DNA of 64,000 bases from Mytilus trossulus (lineage: Eukaryota). The DNA lies in assembly GCF_036588685.1 (NCBI RefSeq), contig NC_086379.1:58652001-58716000 (forward strand), written 5' to 3'. The translations under genes were made by a program, and so were the position numbers. This document shows positions 40,901 to 52,548 of the stretch, piece after piece (position 1 is the first letter of the stretch; each line of letters begins with the position of its first letter). The notes beneath the pieces were generated by a model. The model worked only from the letters and a program-made list of their open reading frames with translations. It searched no databases and was not told where the DNA came from.

Positions 40901-43900
40901 AATTTATATATACACTGATGATTAAGGCCGAATAAAATATCATGTATTTCTAAAGTCACTAAAACTACAAATCAACATTAAAAGATAATACTTATTTATT
41001 TTTGTTTAACGATAGAAAAATTTGATATAAAGATAATTATCAACAAAATCAATTGCACATAAAACAATAGATATGTAAAATCATACGACGATTAGCGCGG
41101 TGAAATTATCAGTTTTCTCCTGGTAAATGTACTTTCTTTTTCAAATCCCAATTCAGACACAAACCTCAGTAGCTGTACCAACATTCAAAACACATGATCG
41201 TCCCTCTGCTCATTGTTATACATTAAAGTTTTTAAATGTTGTTTTTAATAACGTGAAAAGAGCTAAAGAGTAAAAAAGGATACATAGAATAAACGATCGC
41301 TCATCATTTTGCTCATAAAAAGTATATGTTATACGATTAAAAACTTAAGACTAACGAAAAAATGTAACGTTTTATAATTAAAAAAAAATAAATAATGTTC
41401 TATTTTTTCGATGACTATATATGTGCTATGGTCTTAATATGATTTTTTTAACATATAGCAAAAAACAAATCCATCTATACCACTGTACACGCTGTGGATA
41501 TAATTTTGTTTACACAATTCTAAAGAAATGTTATTGATTACAAGAATGTTCAATCTGACGAATAAAAACATGCGTTTAAAATAATTAACCTACTTTTTGA
41601 CATATATGTATAATCTTTATCAAACGATACTCACTTATATATATATACGATCTGTAGTAATTTATATATGCATGGTCTTTATTAATTATTTATAAAATCT
41701 TTTTGTATTTCTAAATTAGGTATGATTCAGAGAATGATCCTTCTGAGGATGAATTTAACATTGATGATGTTGAATCGTCTACTCCAAGAAAACCTAGAAA
41801 ACCCGGCGAAAGAAAAACTTATGATACGCTGCAGAAAAAGAAAACATCAGAAATATCCAATGAAAGAAGAAAAAAATCGACTGCTTTGCGTGGTATAAAA
41901 CAACAATTTAAAAGACTTAAAGAATTGAAACACCTAAATGTGACTTTTGCGTTCGTGTGCTTCGATTTGACACAACAACGTCAAACTATTAAGAGAGATG
42001 GGAAAGGAGCCTATTATGATAATTTGCTCAATGGTAGACCTATTGTGGATAAAAGGGACATACAAAGAAAAAAACAGAGGGATGGGTTGACGGAAACGTA
42101 TTTCCCTCATGAGGAAAATTTAAGAGAAACCCAGTTCATAACACCTACAAAGTTGTCGTGTGGTCCAGGAGTGTCCCGAAATATTGCCAGAGAGCAGATG
42201 GAGACACTGCAAGATGTAAACATTCAGCCAGGTCATGAGAATGACTCTTACTCACATGGTATGATTACTGTCATAGTATAACGTTATGCTGTTTATATTA
42301 CTACTCTAAATTATTGCTTTCATTTTTTTTAATACACGATCTATTTTTAGAAAGTGTTGCTTCATGGAATTGTGTTTAATCAGGTATTAATGAATTCCAT
42401 AAACATTTGATTTTAAGAAACGTATATACCTTCATTATCGTTTGCAAGAATTTTGCTTACTTCGCCATGTTCACATATTACAGACGGAAACCTTTCATTT
42501 GACAATTATTAAGATAAGAACTCAAAACAGTATAATCAATTGCAGGACGTCCGATGGTATTACATGTATTACATGACAAGCAAATATAGAGAATCAGTTA
42601 TTTTTGTATCTGCATATATAATATACCATATGACAACATGTACTAATATGGATGTATTGATTAACAATTTTATCTTAGATAAGCTGAAATAATCTGAATA
42701 TTTCCATTTTTTTTTTACTCATAGATGTAGCAACTCCACAAAGGAAGGTCACAAGAAAGAGAATTAGGACCGTAAAAAGTAAACGTACGAACATTATTGT
42801 TGCAGTAGCTGATGATGATAGTGACAATAATGATGTTGATGTGAATAACGATTCAGCTGTTGATGCTGTTGCTTTTGATGCTTCGAAAAATAATAATGAA
42901 AATGAAGATGGAGATATCGACGACGTTGACGACGGCGCCGATGATGACGACGACGATGAGGATGATGATGATGATGATAATAATAGCGATGAGGATGATG
43001 ATGATGATAATCATAGCGATGAAGATGATGATGATGATAATCATAGCGATGAGGATGATGATAATGATAGCGATGATGATGACAATAAGGATGACGACGG
43101 TGACGACGACGACACCAATGATGATGATGATGATTTAGCTGCTACTACTGATGATTTTAAATTTGACGACGACGATGACGACAGCACTGATAACGTGAAT
43201 TTACCACGACTTTACAGAGTAAGTTATCTTAATTTGAATTTTTGAAATACTAAGGCTTTTCTATCTCAGAAATATATGACCTTAGCTTTATTTGGGAAAA
43301 CTTTTAGGTATCTTGGTCCTTAAACTCGTACTTTATTTGGCCTTTCTGATTTTAAACCACCGAAGATAAATTCATAGTAGTAAAAATAATGTATAGTGGA
43401 AAAACTATTGCATATTATTATATTTTTTTTTCAATAACAAAACTATATTATAACAATACATTGAAATGATTTGATCTATTACAAAAATATCTTTTTCATA
43501 CATTTTTGGACATACTTCATATACACATGCATTCGATGCGGTGACCAATTTAAAGAATAAAAGTAAAGAGAACTGGAACAAGAAAACAATACGTCACTTC
43601 GTATTATGAACCTAAATAGTTTGCCAATACAAATTAAACAAACAAAATTAAGTTAATATAACAAGTCGTTTTTACCAGAAATTTCACAGACTTGAAAAGG
43701 CATATGCATGCTAGTGGTACCTACAAAACATAGACAAGAATTGAGCATACTTCTCCATTATTATTGCAGAATAACTTATCTAATGTGAAAAATACAGATC
43801 TATCGAAAAGAGGTAAGTCTTTTAATTACAATAAATGTGCGTCCCTGAGAGAGGTATCTGAATCATTTATCTAATTTTGTCTTAAGAGAAAAGGTATGGT

Positions 43901-46045
43901 AAAATATAAACGACTTAAACTATTACGTCGAAGAACAGACATAACTTATGTATGTGCCTGTCCCAAGTCAGGAGCCTGTAATTCAGTGGTTGTCGTTTGT
44001 TTATGTGTTCCATAGATATAGGAAGATGTGGTGTGAGTGCCAATGAGACAACTCTCCATCCAAATAACAATTTAAAAATTAAACCATTATAGGTTAAAGT
44101 ACGGCCTTCAACACGGAGCCTTGGCTCACACCGAACAACAAGCTATAAAGGGCCCCAAAATTACTAGTGTAAAACCATTCAAACGGGAAAACCAACGGTC
44201 CATACTTGTTTTTCGTTCATTTTTTTACTTAAATAAGGCCGTTAGTTTTCTCGTTTGAATTGTTTTACATTGTCTTATCGGGGCCTTTTATAGCTGACTA
44301 TATGCGTTTGGGCTTTGCTCATTGTTGAAGGCCGTACGGTGACCTATAATTGTTAATGTTTGTGTCATTTTTATCTTTTGTGGATAGTTGTCTCATTGGC
44401 AATCATACCACATCTTCTTTTTTTATATAACATCGGCATTCGAAAAAAAGACAAAAATGAAAATAAAATTAAAAAATTGAAGTTGTAGAAACCATTAATT
44501 CGTCATATTACGCACTATATAGTATACTCAAAACGTAGCTGCTCAAGAAGTACTTAGTTTGATTCTTCTTTGTGTGTGGAGCAGGATCTGTTTACTCTTC
44601 CGGGCCACCTGAGAACACCCTCAGTTTTTTGTGGGGTTCGTGTTGCTTAGTCTTTAGATTTCTATGTTTTGTCGTTTGTACTATTTTTTAGCTGTTTGTC
44701 TATTTCTTTGTTAGCTATGGCGTTGTCAGTTTATTTTCGATTGATGACTTTGACTGTCTCTCTTGTATCTTTCGTGCCTCTAATGTACATTTCTTAATTG
44801 TATTTTATAGCTAATGATGACAAAATGTATTTTACTGATATATGTTCGACCAAGTACGATATAATTGATTAAATCATTCATGCCTCTGACAGTTGAATAT
44901 ATGCCATTTGTTAAAATAAAATTAACGGTCCGAATTTTCTTGCAACAGATGCGCATTTGGACAATACATGTCTCTTCAGTGATGATCGTGGTCAAAATAT
45001 TTGAAATCCAAAGCTTATATAAAAGATGAAGAACTATAATCCAAAAGGTCCAAAAGGTATAGCCCAATCCGTGAAAGGAATCGGAGCTTTGCATGAGGGA
45101 GATACATTCCTTAATTTATAACAATTTCTAATATTTTGTTACAGCAAATTTTAATAACACAAAAAATCTGTTCATGCCAGTACTGAAGTACTGGCTACTG
45201 GGCTGTTGATACCCTCGGGGACTAATAGTCCACAAGCAGAGGCATCGACCCAGTGGTAGTAATAAAATTAACGGTACCAATTTTCTTTAAAATGTTTCTA
45301 TATTAATTGTCATACTTGAAAGAAAAAAAATCTAAAGATTTTTTTTATTTATATCCCAACAGAAAAACTGAAAAAATTATTCAACGAAAGAGCCAAAAAA
45401 ACAGAGCTGAATGATGCCGAATCTGATCATAGTCACGATAAAGACGGTAGCACCTCTACAGAAGGTAATTATTTCTCATACTTAACAATTCGATCATAAA
45501 AAATGTAGTTCGTATGGTTAAAATAGGATATGTATTGAAAGCTCACTAAAGATGTCTGTAAAGCATATGTGAACTTTCTTAGTTGTAGGGGAAATCATAA
45601 GTTATATTCGTCAATTTTTCTTTGCTAAACACTTGAATATGCACATTACGATGACGAAACTTTGGAAACTTCAACTTATTCATTCATTCACCATGTTCAC
45701 TAGCAATTGTATTTCGGTGAATCCACTTTTCAAATTTCTGAATATAATATGAATATCTGAAAAAACTGCTTTAGGAAAATGTAAATTCATTTTCTCATTC
45801 GAAATTGATTACTTTCATTCGCTGTACGCGCCTCCAATATTGTATTGATCAAGAATATTTTTGAAAGAAACTACTTTGAAAACTTTATCATGAAGTTTAA
45901 TTAAAAAAAATATTTTTGCCGTTTTTCAGAAAATACCTGTCGGTTTTGGACATATGTGGACGACGAAGATCTTGAGGCACGAAATGCTTTCCAGCCTAAA
46001 ACTGGGAAAAGATGTAGAAAGAAGACAACGGTATTAGACATTTAA
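34945..46045 (+). CDS. Six-exon gene for a 442-aa basic/Asp-rich, probably nuclear protein of unknown function (exons 34945-34979, 41720-42258, 42725-43218, 43770-43812, 45363-45464, 45930-46045)
   Basis: All five introns are GT-AG with matching phases (2,1,0,1,1); joined CDS is 1329 nt, open, and ends in TAA; AATAAA at ~46279. Confidence 0.8.
37389..40648 (+). CDS. Transposase-like protein (~1086 aa if the frameshift at ~40135 is corrected): RAG1-N-terminal/Chapaev-like Zn domain plus Academ/DUF6589-like DDE core
   Basis: N-terminus LKTICRICG...EVFDVDIKEDQKEIHPTALC...FKPHNDDCKIC; candidate catalytic motifs FGFDNEQ, VCCDGRP, GGGHFEMN, HPHY, DFLLEEKN; extra C4 and C2H2 Zn motifs. ORFs 37389-40148 and 40106-40648 overlap at a T6 run. 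Confidence 0.85.
42915..43185 (+). repeat. Coding (GAT/GAC)n trinucleotide-rich tract with 27-bp higher-order units (poly-Asp)
   Basis: Repeated agcgatgaRgatgatgatgatgataat units inside exon 3 of the six-exon gene. Confidence 0.9.
44917..45287. repeat. Interspersed repeat bounded by direct repeats (aaaattaacggtMcVaattttct)
   Basis: The same ~22-bp motif occurs at ~44918 and ~45264; intronic. Confidence 0.55.
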
Positions 46046-47729
46046 ATTCATGAATTCAATTTAGGTGACACCAATTGAGTGGTATCATTAAATACAATTT
46101 GAAACTCTAGAATGCTTTTGTAGTTGTTTTATAGTATTTATTTTGTATATTTGTTCAATATAAGTAAAGTCGCAAACTTCATAAAAAAATTTAAAGTAAT
46201 TATTTATTTTATCTTTATTTAAAAGAACGTGTTTTATAAGTTATTTTGTGAATCTGATAGTTGATATAAGCTTAAAACAATAAAGACAACGGCACCTGTT
46301 TAGTTTATTCACCAACAACATTACAATGTGGATGTAGTTAATTATAATATCAATTACAGTACCAAATGTATAAATGACAAGCTGTCCTAGCAAGTTATGT
46401 AATAAAAATAAACTCAAGCATTAACAATTTAGTGGTAACAAGGTCATTATTGTTTACAAATTGTAAATTTCGGTTAATGGTTATTATTGCTGTGAATAAC
46501 TTGAAACATGCGTATCCGTTTACAGTTTTTTATATGATTTCTAATGACTCTTAAAAGATTTTAAATACGCATCAATAACAAAATTGTTAAGTTTTAATTT
46601 TAAGATATCGACAAAGTATTTCAGTCCTTGTGGTTTCTTATTAAAAATCAAGCTTCATTCAACAATAACTTTCGTATTTTTGTTAGGACAATTAGCTACT
46701 TGCATATATTAATGGAACTTAAATAAAAATCAATATTGAATTTTTAAGTTCGTACGAATTAATTGTAAAAACGGGATTATATAAAAGATTTTAATAAAAA
46801 AAAAAGGAAAAAAAGGAGAAAATGAATAAAAAAAAATCATTAAATGCAACAAACAGCACAATGAGCGACAGCAAGTTTTTACTGTCATGTTTATACTTTA
46901 ACCAGTCAATTAAACTTAGTTTATCTAGTAATTGAATTGAATATAAAGAAGAAAATTATTATATATATCTATTACTTTTGATTTATTCATTTGCCTCAAA
47001 AAATTATCTTATTTCTTACCTTAGATGTGTATTTGTATTATTTTGTGTAAATATTATTATCCTTTGCAATATGTACAAGACACATTAATCATAATTTGTA
47101 CAAAATATAATATACATATGTGAAGTTGTTTTTTTGTTTTGTTATTTGTTTATTTGTCACATTTAAATTTAAGAAAGATCTTTCCATAAGTATTTTTGAT
47201 GCATTGTTAATAATTGTTATGCCATGTTAGACTGAATGTGCTGATTGATTTGAAATAAAGTATATTATATTTCATTATAAACAACATAGAAATTATCAAA
47301 TATTTTGCATCCAAGTATGAATTATTTTAATCAGCATATATCATATAATTAAACAATATATTTACACATTGTGTTTGATCAGTATATTACACACTTTGAT
47401 GGGGTTAAATACCATTAAATAAATCATTTCATTACCAGTATTTTTTTCAGCTATTTTCTATACATCCGCAGTTGTTTTTATTCTTATAATGGTATGACGT
47501 AATTGTAATCGTCGTCGTTGTCCCACGATAATAGTAAATAGTTTCTAATTAACAACTTGACTTTGAGAGTATTTATAAATCTCCATGAAGTTGATCCACA
47601 AGGTTCCATTCTTAAAAAAAGGAAAGTTGTAATTGATTCGAGGGTTCATGTGTCAGCTACTGAGGATAAAAGAGCACACGTACAATTCCACCTGGCAGAC
47701 CAATTATATCATAGTGTGGTTTCAAACGG

Positions 47730-47888
47730 TGTAGGCTGATTTTGAACAAATGGTATAAGAAAGTAATCTACGTAATGACCAACAAGTTCAGGTTTGGTGT
47801 AGGCTGATTTTGAACAAATGTGAAACCTGAACTTGTTGGTCATTACGTAGATTACTTTCTTATACCATTTGTTCAAAATCAGCCTACA
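47730..47888. repeat. Perfect 66-bp inverted duplication with a 27-bp spacer, in Penelope-like RT sequence
   Basis: Arms at 47730-47795 and 47823-47888; an arm encodes ELVGHYVDYFLIPFVQNQPT, resembling Penelope RT. Confidence 0.85.
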
Positions 47889-47914
47889 GTGGAGATCATT
47901 TTTAACATCTCATT

Positions 47915-48284
47915 AGAACTGTCAGAATAATCTGTCATAGAACTGTCTTAAACTGTGATAGAACAGTTATATACATAGAACAGTTCTACCTTAGAACTGT
48001 TCTAAGTAGAACTATCAGAATCAGAACTAGGTAACCTGATAAAATCAGCTCTAGGTAGAACTCTGAGGATCAGTTATATGGTAGAACTGTCAGTATCAGT
48101 TTTAGGGTAAAACTGTCTAAAACTATTCTTGTTAGAACTGTCTAAATCAGTTCTAGATAGAACTGACCAAATATATTCTAGGTAAATACTGTCTAGGTGT
48201 CAGGATCACAGATCTACAAACTGACATAGAACAGTTCTTCTGACAGATTCTGTTTGATGAGAGGTTAGAAGTTATCTTCACTGT

Positions 48285-48285
<1 letters not shown>
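47915..48285. repeat. Degenerate short-motif array (tagaactgtY)
   Basis: Many agaactgt / acagttct copies in both orientations. Confidence 0.65.
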
Positions 48286-48320
<35 letters not shown>

Positions 48321-48323
<3 letters not shown>

Positions 48324-48585
48324 TTTTGATAGAGTCTCAATTTGAATTGACATGATTCATTTGTCATTGAGCAATTACCGAAGAAGGATATCTGTTATCC
48401 GAAATATCTAATATTTGTATATTTTATAGTTATTTAATATTTGTATATTTTATAGTATAACATCACCATTAAATAACTATAAAATATACAAAAAATAGAT
48501 ATTTCGGATAACAGATATCCTTCTTCGGTAATTGCACGATGACAAATGAATCATGTCATTTCAAATTGAGACTCTATCAAAATCT
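48321..48585. repeat. Near-perfect ~265-bp palindrome (foldback MITE)
   Basis: agattttgatagagtctcaatttga... mirrored by ...tcaaattgagactctatcaaaatct. Confidence 0.85.
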
Positions 48586-48788
48586 TGATTTATACAATTT
48601 AAGCGAACGCTGGAACAATTTTAAAATTTCCAAACACACCGCAAAGACTAAAGAAATATGCCAGAAATAAAAATAGGTATTTACGATGTGAAATGGCACA
48701 ACTCTAGATTTCCAAAGGTTGTGACAGTTGAAACTGATCCACACCTAGATAGATTGAATGTTGATTGTTGCTATTTTCAGACACTAGT

Positions 48789-49516
48789 AGAGCCCAGGTG
48801 GTCATGTGGTCTAGCGGGACGGCTGCAGTGCAGGCGAGTAGGTGTTACGATATCACAGTAGCATGGGTTCGGATCCCGGCTAGGGAAGAACCAAAAATTT
48901 GCTTACATTGTTGGGTTCCTGTTTAGACGAGTTGTATATTTATATATATATATACAACTCGTCTAAACATCAACCCAACAATGTTAGATCTGTAGATTTG
49001 CTTGCGCAAATTTTTGGTTCTTCCTTCGCCGGGATTCGAACCCATGCTACTGTGATATCGTGACACCAAATCGCCTGCACTGCAGCCGTCCCGCTAGACC
49101 ACACGACCACCTGGGCTCTCAAAAAAAGAGCTTTCGGTGGCCATATGTTACCTTTCCACGTCAGTTTTAATCTAGCGGCGTACTACAGTACATGATATAT
49201 AAGGCATGAAGATGTTATTGTTACAGATCAGCTAAATTATCTATAGTAAAGGATCCTACAAATTAATGTAAGATACAGTCACAGAAAATAATTATATTCA
49301 TAAGTACGTCTGAGTCAGTGACAACCCTATAACAGATGTATCCATCGGATCGCCATCAATGATGGTGATACATGGCTGTGTACATAATGTATATACAACT
49401 CGTCTAAACATCAACCCAACAATGTTAGATCTGTAGATTTGCTTGCGCAAATTATTGGTTCTTCCTTCGCCGGGATTCGAACCCATGCTTCTGTGATATC
49501 GTGACACCAAATCGCT
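48789..49516. mobile_element. Cluster of tRNA-derived SINE-like repeats (+ 48789-48936; - 48953-49120; - partial 49395-49516)
   Basis: A-box-like TGGTCRTGTGG and B-box GGTTCGRATCC with a conserved tail; adjacent to (TA)n. Confidence 0.7.
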
Positions 49517-49524
49517 TGTATATA

Positions 49525-49770
49525 TATAAACGAGTCTAAATTGAAAACTACGTTCAAACCTATGATTGCGTTGGATAAAAACCGCCATTTTTATACGTGT
49601 GTATGTAAAACAAATTTTCCAAAAGACCAGAAAGTGAAAAAGTATATTTAAACAAAACGCATTTGACTAACAGGTCGAACAACTGATGTTCTTTAACCCT
49701 GCTATTGCCAAATAAAATTGATCACAACATGTAACAAAATGGATCTCAATATAAATTTAATTATAAACAG
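49525..49770 (+). repeat. Repeat family D following (TA)n
   Basis: acgagtctaaattgaaaactacgttcaaacc...; a longer copy lies at ~58826-59110. Confidence 0.8.
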
Positions 49771-49859
49771 AAAATAATTAACTTGTGGCCACGATGTTAT
49801 GCAACAAGCATAAGGTGTCAATATCATTGTGTACACTAGATCCAGATTTCAACAATAAA

Positions 49860-51010
49860 TGATGTTAGGGATCGTCACGGTATTTGGAAGGTCATAAAAC
49901 ATGTAACCTCATTTTTTAGATAGACTCTTGATATATATACTTAAGATACTACATCGTTTCCATCAATATCATTGGGAAAATTAAACCCATGGCAACAAAT
50001 GTTTACTTATCTCGTACTCAAGAAACTTTATTTTGTGCTGTGACAGTTCAAATAAAGTCAATGTTCCACGAGTTAATGTATTTCTATATTTATTGAAATT
50101 CATTTTAGAAAATAAATTAAATAAAATTAATGTATTTGAAATTGATGGAAAATTATAAACAAACAATAGGTGCGGCAATTGGTGCAGTTCCGTCACCTGG
50201 AATCTGTGACATATTTATGTTCGAAATAATGCATCTAGTTATTTCTGCATTTCAATATAAAGACAAAATATTCTATCATGCCATGATGGCATATATAGAG
50301 ACGATCAAATGTCGTTCTTAGATGATAATGTAATTAAAGGTAAAAGATTTACAACATATGGCATTCTTGACCTTGAAATCTATTTTAAAGAAACAAATTC
50401 TTATCTGTTTCTGCACATAAATAGCTGTCACTCACAGCATGTATTTAGACGATTTATCTAAGGTAAAGAAATACGGCAAATTAGAAACACAAGTGACCAT
50501 AACAAATTAATAAACAATCGAACTTATTTTCAAATTGAAATTATAAGAAAGGGGTAATATGATAGTATTACTTTTTTCTAATTCATATCAGTCTTCACAT
50601 TTAAAAGATACGTGTAGGCTACATCGTTCATTGATATCTTCGAGAAATAATACCTATGGCATATAGCCTTTTGGTTTCGTTTGGTTTCGTATGATATCAC
50701 ACAGATGCTTACTAATCTACATCAAGAAGTTCTATTGGTTGATGTTGAACGAGCCTATGACAGTTTCGACAAATAAAATTTAAAAGTCAATAATTGTAGG
50801 ACTTAATTGATTTGAGCTTGAGCTGATGAATAATTTATAACTGTATTTTGAACTATTTTTTAACATTAAAGACGTTTTTCGCCAATCAAGTGTATTTATA
50901 AATTTGTTGAGAATCATTTTAGAAAACAATGTATTTTAATTTGATGAAAACATTTATAAACAAATAATAGGTATGGTTGGACCCCTGATGATGGCAGATC
51001 TGTCATTATA
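49860..51010 (+). pseudogene. Decayed Penelope-like retroelement RT fragments
   Basis: YKQTIGAAIGAVPSPGICDIFM; FKETNSYLFLHINSCHSQHVF...GKEIRQIRNTSD; second fragment ILENNVF.FDENIYKQIIG. Confidence 0.7.
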
Positions 51011-52399
51011 ACTAGTGTCACAGAGCTATTCTAAGGCATTAGCTTTAAAAAGTAATGTTCATATATACATATTTAATATGCACAAGTTCACATATATATA
51101 TATATATATGAACACTTCCATTACATTACATTGTTAATATAGAGACACGTCCATTCTCTATCACTAACTATCTTCAATCCTCCCGAATCTCAACATTCAT
51201 CCACTTTTATTATTTGCTAAGGACTTTGCTACTTATATGAATTTCTCCAACATTAAATCGTCATTCATCTCCAGGTCACAGACGTTTAGGGACAGAATAT
51301 AAACAAACAGAAACATTAATGTATAATATACGGCTTCTAATTAGAAATGACTACAGCTTAAACACAGCGGAATCATACATCAAATTTAAAGGTCCATCCG
51401 ACAGGCTGCTAAAGATAATAAAAACAATAAATCTACAAATACTAAACACGCTTGACCATAGTAAATTAATATGGGCAATTAAATGCCGATCTATTATAAG
51501 AAATAAATGTGCAAGTTTCACCCTATGACAAGAGATCTATTGAAGAAGAATTAAAATGTAATTTACATATTTGATTATATAAAAAAAAATGTATCTTAAA
51601 ATGAATATCTCAAGCTAAACTAAAATGATGTCGTGTCCTTTAATGCAATGTGATATGCCTCGTGGTTGCATAGGAGTTTTTTTTATATCAAAATACTGAA
51701 ATCATTCCAACTAAGATGTTCCAAATCAATTAATTGGAAGAAATCCGAAGTAAAACTGAGACACTATAATACCTTACACACCCACCATTATGTGCGGAGT
51801 TAATTCATTTATATGAAATCAAGTTCGATTTATTGAAGTTTAAACATTTTCAAATATCATAAATATATCAATATATATATTAAACTTCATAAACTCATCC
51901 AAAAGTTACGTAAAATAAAAAAGATCCCTGCCACGACATAGTATATTTCAGTAAAATTGTTGTAGTTTAATAATTTTAAGGGAAACAACCAAAATCCATC
52001 TTATACCACATTCTAAGTAACCAAGAGTTATCTCCGCTGAAATATTGTTTTATTTTGATACACGGGTTTCTTTAAACATTTTTCGACGCTATACTATTAT
52101 CAAAATCCTTGCACATGATACCTTTCTAAAAAGCTACAATATATTTCTTCCTACAGAAATTACTTTGAAGACTGTGTTGAAATGCATTATGTCAAAAACT
52201 ACGACTTTAAGAGAATGACATGTCGGAAAAGCGTTTATTTTGTATTTAAACCTTTGATGCGGTAAAATGAATATTTTTTGCAAATGCTAAACTGAAAGTT
52301 GATCATTTCTGTATTAGAAAAGCTACTTGAGGTCAGTAACAATGATGTCGAATTTTACTAAAATGGTCGTCATAACTTAAATTACTTATATTCGTAATT

Positions 52400-52548
52400 T
52401 AGCAAAACTATATTACATCTTTTCGTAATATTGATTATTACGTCTTTTTGTAATATAGACGTTATATTACATAAAGCTGTAATATTACTTTATTATGTTA
52501 TATTATAGGTTTAAGTAATATTACTCTTTACAATAATCGCCTGGACTG
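52400..52548 (-). repeat. Right TIR plus subterminal GTAATATWAC array of the giant element
   Basis: AATAATCGCCTGGACTG at 52532-52548; boxes at 52515-52524, 52497-52506, 52479-52488 and 52461-52470 (18-bp period). Confidence 0.9.

Larger units (their letters stand above)
7583..52548. mobile_element. Giant (44,966 bp) TIR DNA transposon with 5-bp TSD; Academ-related, carrying a RAG1-N-like domain
   Basis: Perfect 17-bp TIRs at 7583-7599 and 52532-52548; TSD TTTAT at 7578-7582 and 52549-52553. Removing the element restores LINE codons ICPLCHKELEDEFHF. Confidence 0.93.

Noticed and set aside
42853-43138. Poly-Ile and poly-Met ORFs
   Set aside because: Alternative frames of the (GAT)n Asp tract.
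37389-46045. A ProtoRAG/RAG1-RAG2 locus
   Set aside because: No RING, nonamer-binding or RAG1-core motifs (SCDG/GYDEK/EGNE in the RAG order); no kelch or PHD protein; TIRs begin CAG, not an RSS-like CAC; the genes are not convergent.
48789-49120. tRNA genes
   Set aside because: A and B boxes are present, but the spacing is long, no clean cloverleaf forms, and a non-tRNA tail is shared among copies, so these are SINE-like.
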